A stretch of DNA of 34,347 nt. It comes from Lenisia limosa (Eukaryota > Protista > Breviatea). Below the pieces are notes generated by a model, which searched no databases, had not been told where the DNA came from, and worked only from the letters and a program-made list of their open reading frames with translations. Of this stretch, positions 22,301 to 32,910 are shown piece after piece. Made by a program: the position numbers and the translations under genes. Every line of letters begins with the position of its first letter. The stretch's first letter is position 1. The DNA is taken from assembly GCA_001655205.1 (NCBI GenBank), contig LPNZ01007768.1, positions 1 through 34,347 of the forward strand. The letters run 5' to 3'.

Positions 22301-24683
22301 CTTCTCAATCTCCTTTTCTGTCAAATCGTTTTCGACACCGAAGTTCTTGGCAAGATCGTAGGGGTGGCAGCCTGTTGGGACTGCAAGACGACCAAGCTGA
22401 GGAAATAACACAAAAACACACAGCGTTCAGTTTCTCGTTTACGTCATACATTATTGAAATAATCTTATCATTGATAGTATATTGAGAGTACTACGCAATT
22501 GCACAGTGGCCATAAAATGTAACAATTTATCACCATTCATAACACTCCCACATTTTTGTTTTTGAGAACCACATCAATATGCAAGATAACCGGCTTCGAG
22601 TGATCTAAATAGTCAATGGCAAATGGAATTGAGAACAAAAGGCAAACCAGTCTGGTGAATGGACACCATTGAGCGGGAAAGCGGGGGAGGAGGGCCAAGA
22701 GCCTGTAGGGGTCAACTCAGAAGTAATTCCAACCTTTTTGGGAGTTTCTGTCATTAAAGACTCCTTAGACGGAGAGTGCAACTTGTTTGAACTGATCGAT
22801 CGCACGCTGGACCCTCCTGTGGGTATCGACCTGACAAATGTTACGAAAGTCTCACAATCAGAACAGAACCAAAGAAGCAAAAGGCCCATTGAAACACCAA
22901 CGCTGCGCCAACCGTCCACTTTGTCCTGCAGATATTTGGCCGTTTGTTCCGGCGGTACTTCGAGCGCCCTTGTCGACAGTCGGAGCCAGCCTCCCACTAG
23001 TACCGGCAGAGAGTCGCCCGCCACGTGCCATTTCAGGGCTTGAGTCCGGAGATACCTGGAATAATCACGAAAACGCCAATTATGCCTTACGTCGGACTCG
23101 TCAGATGAACGCTCAGCCATGCTCGGTGGCGACGGCGGCGGAGACAGTTCAGGAAGGCTTTCCATCAGGTCCTCCATTGGAAGGGGAAGCTGTGCAGAGG
23201 ACATTCCCAAGTCGTGCATGTCATTGAAGCTGGCGGAGCATGGGGAAGACAGCTCCGACGGAGGAGAAAGGGGCTGCGGTGCGGATGGGAGGGTACTGCT
23301 GAGGAGAAGAGGATGGACATTGGACACTGCGGTTTCCGCAGAACTCTGAAAATATCACAGGGTGTGATTGAAAGCATTTGAGTAAGGATTAAACAAAAGT
23401 TCATAGCAAATAATATTGTCAATAAGGGCTGAAAAGGCAACATATGTATACTTGTTGGATTGGCACTTGAGGAGGCGAGGAAACAGCAGGGGTTTGACCC
23501 GGGGTCTCAACATCGACATTGGTGTCAAAGTGATCAGTGTCCACGTAGACTACGCCCGAAGAAGGGTATTGTCCGCCGGCGGAGGCTGAAAGTGCCACAA
23601 TAGCCTCGTAGTAGATGAGGCGACGACATAACGCGGTGTTACCGGAGTCCACTTCGTGGGAAGTGGGGCTTGCTTCCGACGTGGAGGCCTTGAGTTGTTT
23701 TAGATTCAGATAGCACACTCTTAAAAGCAAGAGTAACTTATCCCAACAAACTGGCTGGATATCAACTCTTAGGAATGGCAACCCAATTTCTTCTGCTGCT
23801 TCTCTGGCCTAAAGAGTTTTTAAAATTTGTATATCAATACGGAATAACAGATTATTTAAAATACACATCTACTCAATATATATGATACATCATATACTAT
23901 ATCATATACTATGATATATAACTATGATATATAACACAACATTCACAAAAAAATAGTCACCAAAAATCGTTCCCATGACCATCCACCTCATCAACACTCA
24001 ATAAGTCGCGGCCGCGTGAGGTGCCGATCAGCAGTCCTCTTGACCACGCCTCTCCGAAGGACCGCCAGTCTTCAAGCCATCTGCGGGTAAATGCCTCAAT
24101 GTAGAGAAGTACGTGGAAATCTTGATAACCATGCTTACTCAACACATGCAGTCTGTAAAGAGGCCTTTGATTGGAAGGAGAAGCAGAAGATGACGACAGC
24201 AGCGTCGGCAAACATTCTAAGGGAAGTCGGGATTAGTTTGTCTGACCGTTCTTGCTTGTAAAAGAAAGAAACAAGCATACATACACAGACCTAAAACCCC
24301 CATAAAACAAGGAACAAGGACGAACAGAGTTTTCAACTGACTACTATCACATTTATCAATACAAAATATATATCGATACCATACACCATACGATGTTACG
24401 GTTCATGATTTCGGGAAGCATTACCCATAAACCAACCGATCTGGCTTATATATTGAGTGAGAACCCGTCCACAAATGGACTGAAAGTGGATCCTGGTCAT
24501 CCACCTGCATAACACTGGACAGAATAGTATCACAACATGGATTGTGGTCTGAGAGGTGAGATAAAAGTGATTTCTGTACTTACCTGGAAGTTTACTATTA
24601 TTAGAGTTTGAAATGATGCGAGAGAGGGCTTCCTCATCACCCCCATCGCCCACAAGAACAATCTTAACCGTTTCTTGAGACAT
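19351..24683 (-). CDS. Large multi-exon protein: N-terminal degenerate Rho-like (pseudo)GTPase domain, Ser/Pro-rich linkers, three copies of a ~45-aa module, and an Arg/Glu/Ser-rich tail; continuity across the 20539-20605 gap and the 3' end are tentative
   Basis: MSQETVKIVLVGDGGDEEAL...VMQVDDQDPLSVHLWTGSHSIYKPDRLVYGMFADAAVVIFCFSFQSKASL...EWLEDWR...GLLIGTSRG...AREAAEEIGLPFLRVD aligns end to end with the Rac/Rho fold. Downstream exons can be joined in frame with GT-AG boundaries in most places. Confidence 0.65.
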
Positions 24684-25053
24684 TGTTTGTCTCTACACTC
24701 CTTTTTCCTTCTTTATTTTCTAATATTATTACATCTATATCTGACTGACAGTGGACAGACAGAAAAGGAACTGGAAGAATCTGGAATTTTCAACCAAAAA
24801 AGGGGAAACAAGATGAGTTGCCGAAACCCCACCTTATTTGCCTTTCTGAGCGGCCTTGCTTTTGCACCTTTGCACCGCCCCTCTCTTTAAACCTAAGTTG
24901 ATTGGAGGCACAGTAAGGTAGTAAGGTTGTTTAAGTAACACACTTGTTACAGTCAGTCACAGTGAAATTGAAGCCAACACCCCTCTCTCTGTTATCCAGA
25001 AAAAAACTTTTAAAACTTGCTACATCACACGAATTTCAGGTTGATAATCTATC

Positions 25054-26614
25054 ATGCTCTCAGGTTTGTCGTATTTCTCATCAGCATCCACAATTCTATC
25101 GCTTTTACCGTGTAGGATATTATGAGTTCATCCCGGTTATTCTTTTTGGAATTCTCTCTGCTGCAGTGGGGGAAGGTAAGCGGTCATGACCATATCAATA
25201 TAAGCAACCCCATTCCCTATACTAACTAACAGGGATATCATGGTTCCTGGTGTACCGCACAACGTCGTATCAATCGTTGAAGAGCAGCATTGAGAGGCTC
25301 CAGGCCAAAAGTGGGTGCTTTAAAGATTTGAAAACCTAATGCTTTATTATTTTTATTTGGGTTGTTTTCACACGTGTCAGTTTTTTTTTTTGCGCTATAT
25401 AATGCTGCATATTGATAATTGACTGACAAGTCTCAATGAACCTTCGTGTTCTTCGTTGATTCTAAAAGTTGGTCATATGAATATTCACTAGTGGATATGG
25501 GCAACATATTTACCTATTCAGTCAAAAAACTCAAGACTGAAGAAGAGACCAAAAAGAGTGAGAAGAAGGTTTGCATTTGGTGTTGTTTCACTCCGTTGAT
25601 GCCATGCTTTGTTCATGGTTCATTTACCTGTCTTTAGTTGAAACAGGCAGAAGACAGTTTAACATCAGACAACAGAGCAATGTATGTATTTTAGTCTGTT
25701 CTATAATACTGAATTCTTGGGCTCTGCTATTATCTAGAATACAGAAAATATCGATAGTATCCGATGATTAATTCAGTGTTGTTGGAAATAAAGAGCCCTA
25801 CTAGGATTTCCGTTTTATTTTCTAGGATGATGTTCAAAATGAAGAGTACAGTTGTTCTGATGTTTGCCGCTATCGGAATGATATACTACTTGAACCAATG
25901 GTATGATTACATTATTACCTTTTGACATTCTGATTCCGATAAACATGTACCAATTTTCAGTTTATACCTGATAGCTACAACACGGATCACTCAGTTGGAA
26001 CGTCTATTTTTTTTCTTGCAGTGACTTCAGTATAACGGTCATGCCTTTGTTATACCTTTTGTTTACAAATATAGTCAAACTCTAGAGGTCTATTTCGTTG
26101 CATGTCAAACATGCCAGCTCCTCACAATAGACCATAGCATAATTTGATTTTCTGTGCCTTTCCACTTATATCCTTGACATCTATCTTTTTAAGCACACTC
26201 TCACTATCAAGGTTCGGAGGGAGACCTATTCTCCGTCTGCCTTTTGAGCCCGTGTTCCCCTTCAGCTCGATCTCACACAGAGGTCTTGATGAGCTACCAA
26301 TGACTGTAAGGGGGCTTTACAGGTTTTCAACTTCAATACCCGTCATTATTATAGGAAGCGTCAGCCATTTTCCTCTACGTTCTGTCTGGGCTTGTGGCTC
26401 GTTCAAATATCAAGAGGGTGGGTGTTGAGTTCAAATATCAAGAGGGTGGGTGTTGAGTTCAAATATCAAGAGGGTGAGTGTTGAGTTCGGCTTATTTCGC
26501 GGTACGAATAAGTTTTTTTGTGTTAAGTTGTGATTTGCCTTGACCTTCCAGTACTTTGGCTTTGAGGAGCCTCCAATGCAAAACATCTTTGGCCTTCAAC
26601 CTCCTGAGAAGTGA
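25054..26614 (+). CDS. TMCO1: TMCO1 (Oxa1-superfamily ER membrane protein, EMC3/TMCO1 family)
   Basis: GEGISWFLVYRTTSYQSLKSSIE, MFKMKSTVVL, FGGRPILRLPFEPVFPFSSISHRGL, EASAIFLYVLSGLVARSNIKR|YFGFEEPP. Compare human AEGITWVLVYRT, DGRVVAKLPFTP, SHRNL, DCSFIFLYILC. Confidence 0.92.
26401..26488. repeat. 28-bp tandem repeat x3 straddling the last splice donor of TMCO1
   Basis: gttcaaatatcaagagggtgggtgttga at 26401 and 26429; the copy at 26457 has gtgagt in place of gtgggt. Confidence 0.95.
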
Positions 26615-26978
26615 CTTTATCATGTTGGGAACAAGTCCTCATGAAATAAATGTGTCAGGATTTTTTCTCGAATATACGACAGGACTTAGCGTTATTGACG
26701 ACAGATGTTGAGTGTGTTTTTTGTTTTGTGTTATTGGCGTGTTTGAAGTGAGAACTGTTGAAAAACTTGTGGAATAATGTTAAGAGATTGTGGTGTGACC
26801 TGGATTAGACAGGAGTATTTCAATATTTCCATGAACTGATATATTCCTCCAAGGTTAGACCTCGTTAGGACTAGGGTTGTTTAAAGACCAACTGAAGCCG
26901 CTTGCAGCCGCATTGAGCACAGAGGTAGTACATGGAAAGTGCAGTTGTTAACAAGGGGGATCAGCTCCTGGAATCATA

Positions 26979-27412
26979 AGTGGCGGTGTGCCGTGTACAG
27001 GTCATTTCGAGTGGCGGTGTGCGGTGTACCATTCTAGAACATGGTCGTACTCCCAGGTTAATATACTATATGCTATACTTGCTAGGATTATATTATATGC
27101 AGATTTGATGTTTATATACGACTCCTAGGTTTTTTTCAACAATTTTTGGGAAAATTCGACATAGTGACTTTTTCAAAATACTTCTGAGAAATGTGGGTGA
27201 GTATTGAAAATCCAATTGTAATCCAATTAAAAATTGCTAACACAAATTGATTGACGTGGTGTTATCATGATGGTTCAGTCAATTAAGCCCATTTCTTAAG
27301 ACGAAAAGGAGAAAAAAAAAAGGGGGTGGTGTACGGTGGTGTACGGTCTACAGTCTCGCTACAGTCTATTAATAGTGGTGTACGGTGTACAGGCCGATTT
27401 TAGTGGCGGTGT
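26979..27412. repeat. Intergenic GTGGCGGTGT/GGTGTAC repeat clusters at 26979-27029 and 27321-27412
   Basis: agtggcggtgtgccgtgtac (26979), agtggcggtgtgcggtgtac (27010), agtggtgtacggtgtac (27374), agtggcggtgt (27402), plus ggtgtac copies near 27327-27340. Confidence 0.75.
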
Positions 27413-27709
27413 ATGTTTTCCAGGAGCGGATTTCCCTTGGTTGTTCACTGGGCACAACTCCCACAAAGATATTCTCGGTACGCCACCTCGCGCAAACTCT
27501 ACGCAACTTTTTCAGTCAGATACCAACAGCTTGGCGGAGGAATTATGCCCGGTGCGTACCGGGAACAAAGAAACGCTGAAAACGCAGGAAACCTCTTCAC
27601 AGGCTTCTTATTTTACATACTGATAGATTTATATATATTGATTAATACTACAGAACGGATTAGACAGAAAATGAGACCAAAGTGGAATTAGAAAGCAAAA
27701 GATCTTAGT

Positions 27710-30700
27710 ATGATTTGGCGGTTAATTGCTCTTCTCGCCCTCCTTTATATCACCTCAGCAATAAGAGTAACAACTGAGTGTGATGAGGTTGGTTACTAAC
27801 ATGTTTATGGGTTTACCATCAGAATTCCTTCTTCGACACCACTATTTTGACATGTGTTACTTGTGGAACGAATCAGATCTCTGACAGCAAAGGTAATATT
27901 GGATTATGTTACGTTGTTCTGTAAATCATTTTAAGGGGTTTTTGGTGAAGCATTCTCTTTTTTATTTCAGGCCCTGAAAACGGTTGCCAAATAACAATTT
28001 CTTTTTCCTATCTCAAGACATGTTAACCCCCAGGCGGGTGTCAATGCACCGCTGGTTATCGAGAAGAGGCAGTGACAGGGAATCAGGACCTGGCGTCAGG
28101 ATTCGTCTGTGTGGACTGTATTGCTGAAGGCGTAAGAGGAGCAGGCCAATTGTTGAGCGTCTGACCCCCCAGAATGCAACAACTCTTGACCGCAGCGCCT
28201 GCATGGCTTGTGGCGTGGCTGTGCCCCCTGGAGACCTTGTCAACTCTGCCCTGGACGCAACAACCAGGGACTGTAAGTGCCCCTCCGCAGATCAGATCCT
28301 TGGTGGGCTGCTCCTCACTTGTTGCTGTTCTTTGGCTTTCTTTTGCCATGTTTACTTTCCAGTCGAGAAAGACGAAGCAGGAAACTTTATGGCAGGAAAA
28401 TTGTGTTCAACGTGTCCGTCCCCTGGCTATGTCCTCTCATCGGTTGGCTGTTATCCTTGTGCTATCACGTTTCCATAGTTTTGTTAATTGCATAGGACCT
28501 CTATACTTGCAACCAGTGCCCAGACAGTCACATGATTTACAGTGAAAGTGCTTGCAAATGCCAAGATGGGTACACTCAATATGGAGACGTAAGCTTGGAA
28601 ATCTGGAGTGATAGTGGTCTTTCTGTCCTGACCCAAAAGACGTGTTCAATTACGTCGGAAGCGAACGAGGCTGCCGGAACCGGCGCCTTCGAAGTCAGCT
28701 ACTACAGTGTCAGAAGTGGGTGACTCTCATTATTGTGTTGTTTTGCCTCTCTAACGGGCTGTAGAAGAAGTGGACGGTAGTTTCAGTTCAACTACTGGTT
28801 TGTTTGGGAGCCTTTACCGTTATTTTATCGTCTCAACACAACATTGTTTTGAGCTTGTCCATGAGTGACCTCTTAGTGACTTCTCAAACGCTGACGGAAT
28901 ACATGGTGCCAGCATACCTCAAATGCAGGGTATAGTTGCCTCAGATTAGTCTTCTACACTGCTCCATGTCAGCTTACCTTTTAGGACTACTTCGACCGTG
29001 AAGCGTGCAACATTGTCGGCTCTTTGTGTGTTCTTCAGGTGAGCCAACTTAATAGTCTTGAGGTTTCATATTTGATCGCGTTATCGTTTTCAACCATTTT
29101 TTTTCTAATCCTAATGTGCCAACCCAAGATGGTTCTTTCATGAACAATTTCTTCACCCACTCCACAGCACTACGATGAGTCATCTCGAGCTTGTCAGTTG
29201 TACAGAGAACTGCAGGTATGTCCTTGGGTTTGTTGGAGGCTACTTACGCGAATCTGCTAAACTGAAACGGTTCTTACACCTACAGAGAAGTCGCAATGCA
29301 GTGTCAGGCTATGCCGAGTGGCCGCAGGGAATGCCATGGTTGTACTACGGCTCGGATGACTACAGGTGGGTTATGAGGAAAGTGTGTTGCACTGACAACT
29401 TAGGTCTGTCACGCAGGCGCAATCGATTCAAATGGACATGGCCTTCGAATCAACTGTTGGAGGCGGAAAGGATTTATGATGGATGGTACACGTTTTTTAT
29501 CTTTCAGAGCGGAAAGACGCACACTATGACGTTTACTGCTGCGTTGTACTCACTAAACGGCACCTTTATTGGGTACACCAATGTCACGGACGAACTGCAG
29601 TTGTGCGAAAGTAAACCCAGTGATGCGCGCAGATGGCTTGGTTTTGGAACCTCGTATTTCAACAAGTTGGTCACGCTCTATCTCTAGGTTGCTTTAACTC
29701 TCCAGATGCTATTTTGACACTGCCTCCCTTGTTGTCAACGATATGCTACCTGTCTTCATGGACCTCTGTGAGTACCACACTCCATTTGTTCTCACCCCTC
29801 AGACCTACTTGACACTTCCGATCAAACACTGCATCCGATCCCACTCCGCATGAAGCGGCTCCGGACCAATGGAGTCACGCCCAACAACGACGACTCCACG
29901 TCCAACGATCTTCTAGTCCGTCGGATGGTTCTTTTCGACACTCTCAGCGGTGTATCGGACCAAGGTCTTCAGGTTCTCAGAATCGCAACTCAAATTACAA
30001 TCACGTGAGGGAGGATGTTAACTTATTCAAGCATTCCACTTTGTTGAAAGATGGCTCATTGTTTTAACCTTCAGGATCGAGCTGCAACCGTCGTCATCAG
30101 GCCAGATCTACCCACCTATTATCGACCTAACATATGAGGAACGCTTAATTTCTTCAATTGATGTGGAGGGAGCGGAAGGTAGGAGGCTTTCTTCCCAGTT
30201 GTTTATACCCAGGTTCTGCGTGGCCTGTTGTTTCCGATGATAGTGAAGAGTCAGCACAGAGTCCTGAGGTATGCAGTTAGTAACCAAACCAAGGCTAACG
30301 GGGCAGGTTGAATTCCGTGTGGAGTACACCATGGACTTGGCGACCTTTTGGCAATGGGCCATTGCTTTGACTGTTATTTGGGTAGGCGTGCTGCTGCTCT
30401 TTACAAGTCTAGATTGCTTTGATCGTGGTCAACTTTTCATTTAAAATGGTGGCCTGGACAAGACGGTTTGTTGAAGCAATGTACCACAGTCTTACTTGGC
30501 AGAACGCACTCCGTCATGGGTCTTGGCTTCCTTGCCAAGGCTGTCGTCTTGTTTCTGGGGGTGGCGTCAAGCTGGCTCTTCTGGCTCATCTTCATGCTGT
30601 CTGGTTACTGGTAGGGTGTCCGTCCTGCTTCCCAATGATCACCCAGGTTCGTCTTTTTCAAGCTCCAAGCAGACGTTTTTGTCCTTTTGCCGACTGAGAG

Positions 30701-32777
30701 CGATTCTCAGGGCCTCATCATTATCCTGGTCATTTGTTTCATCGGAAAGGTTGGTATAGGAGATAATCAGTGTGATTCGTTATTCCTGATGTTACACCCC
30801 AGGCTCTTCACGTTGTTGACATTATCTACAGTCAGTCAAGGGCAGACATTTTCTTTATGGATTGGTGAGCCTGCCTGCAATGACCATTGGCCCGTTATGA
30901 TCTTACGCGCTCAGGGAGAAGTCAAGAGGTCGTTTGGTGGCAAAAGATGGGTCAGTTGGACGGCCGGTTCCAGTCAGTATCTGGAGATCCATCTTTATAG
31001 CCAACGAGTACACTGAACTCCAGGTTAGCAATTATTTATCTCTTAATGGTGAAACCACTCTCTCTGATGGTGTTTTTATTGGTTGGATATGACTGTCTCA
31101 GGTTCTTCGGCGAACTACTGTTGAACTGACGTTGTTCTTGCTTCTTTTCCTCCTTGAAGGAATGGGTAGGAAAGCGGTTCCACTTTTGTAACAGTTTTTG
31201 TCATAAATGGACAACAGCTTAGATATTTTACGCATCCGCAACTTTATTTTTTTATTCCTGCAGATCTGATCTACTGGGCCACACCCCAGCCATCCCTCGG
31301 CGACAAGGACCCTTACCCCACTCACCCAGTTCTACGTTTCTTTGTTGCGGCTTTCTTTTGGCTCCTTACAGCTGTGTTGCAATGGGGCTTTAAGGGAGTC
31401 GTCCTGTCAAGGTTCGAGGAAACAAACCTTCGACTTACTGTCTAGATTTGAAACGGAGGATGTTGAGCAGTTTGTCGATTTGCTCTCAGTATCTAACGTG
31501 TCTCTTCTCATTCTCACGGAGAAGTACCATGGCTACTACCTTCATGGTGGGTGGAGTACTTTCTTGTGGAGAGCGTCGCCGTTTTACTTTATTAGGGCGT
31601 TCTGTGCACGAAAATAGTGATGCGAACATGGAAGAAATGAGAGAACAGCTCAAAAGAGAAGAGGTTCGTGAATTTCAAAAACAACACGTTATCTAACAAT
31701 CTGTTCACGACTTTAGGATGCGCAGTGTGCGCGTAGAGGCCTGTTGCCTGACCAAGATCTTCAGACTTTCGAAGTTTACCTTTCAGATGTGGGTACTTCC
31801 TGCCGGTTTTCACACTTTAGCCGGTCAGAGACCATTACGACAAAGTGTTCATGTTCCTCCTTGAAGAGGTATGCCTTCTAACAATGCCATTTCTTCTTTC
31901 ATTTTTTTTTTTCTGCTTTGGGTTATTGTAGCCATTGTACCCGTTTGGGTAGTCGAGCGGTGGTGGGACTCTTCAAAGGCTGGCTCGGGCTTGTTTTTGT
32001 TTTTGTGTTTTCGACATCTGGTTTTTTTAGTTTTAAACCTTTACGCCAATATTCTCTACCGAATTTTCCTTCGCTTTATTCCCCCCAGGAGGCAGCCCAG
32101 GCCCGGCAAGACGTCCAGGGTGGAGCGCAACGCAACCGACGGTTTGGAGGCCCAGCCCGAGGTCCGATGGCGTATGGCTCGGATCGACTCATGCGGGCCT
32201 ACAACACGCTCAACCGCTTCCTGTGCTCCTTCATCGACAGGGTATGTGGAGATTATGAGTGAAGGACAGAACTACGAGTAATTGTGCCTCTTCTTTTCAT
32301 GTTACTTTTTGCCCACGCTTGTATCTGAGCATGTTGACCAGTGTAGACGGTTGAGAAGCCAGGGTTTGACTGGCTTGTGCAGGACAAGGGCTTCATCCAA
32401 CGAGTGCTTGATACAGCGCCGGACCTCCAGACTCAGCCCAAGAGTATCCTCTATAACGGTTCGGAGTAGTGTGTTGTTGATATGGATGTTTCATGGAGCT
32501 ACTGTTGACCAGTTTAGACAGTGACCGAGGGTGGACTAAGGCGCTTTTCTATGGCAACGAATGGGACCTGCTCATTTGGGACATTGTTCTTTACTCGTAG
32601 GTAACAAGGGACCGAGCCTTCTCACTACGCAGGTTGATAGACTATGTATACAACGACCCTTTCATGGCGGTTGTGGTGGTGTATCTGTTCCAACTTCTCG
32701 GCCGCTTCCTCCGAATGAACATGGGTGTCAAGAACATCGCCAATAAAACGCTTGTTGACGACAGGTTCCTCATTTAG
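27710..32777 (+). CDS. TMEM67: Meckelin (MKS3/TMEM67), ciliary transition-zone membrane protein; many exons
   Basis: Signal peptide MIWRLIALLALLYITSA; Cys-rich NSFFDTTILTCVTCGTNQ and CQCTAGY; ACNIVGSLCVLQ; MPWLYYG; LQLCE...FGTSY; [66 protein letters not shown]; C-terminus KTLVDDRFLI*. Confidence 0.96.
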
Positions 32778-32910
32778 TCTCAGGTATTATGTTTCGTTAT
32801 TGTACAATATTGTTATGTTTTCTTACATTATCAATCATTATGAAAGAAGAGGAAGCAAACTACATAATATATACCCTACCCCACATAAATAACTAACCCA
32901 GGTCCAAGAC

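Noticed and set aside
25870-26200. Intronic snoRNA or hidden exons in the long TMCO1 intron
   Set aside because: No properly paired C/D or H/ACA boxes. The TMCO1 alignment is complete without extra exons.
27336-27691. Overlapping short ORFs upstream of meckelin and the cccggt-gcgt-accggg hairpin
   Set aside because: No recognisable protein motif or splice pattern. A 6-bp stem is expected by chance.
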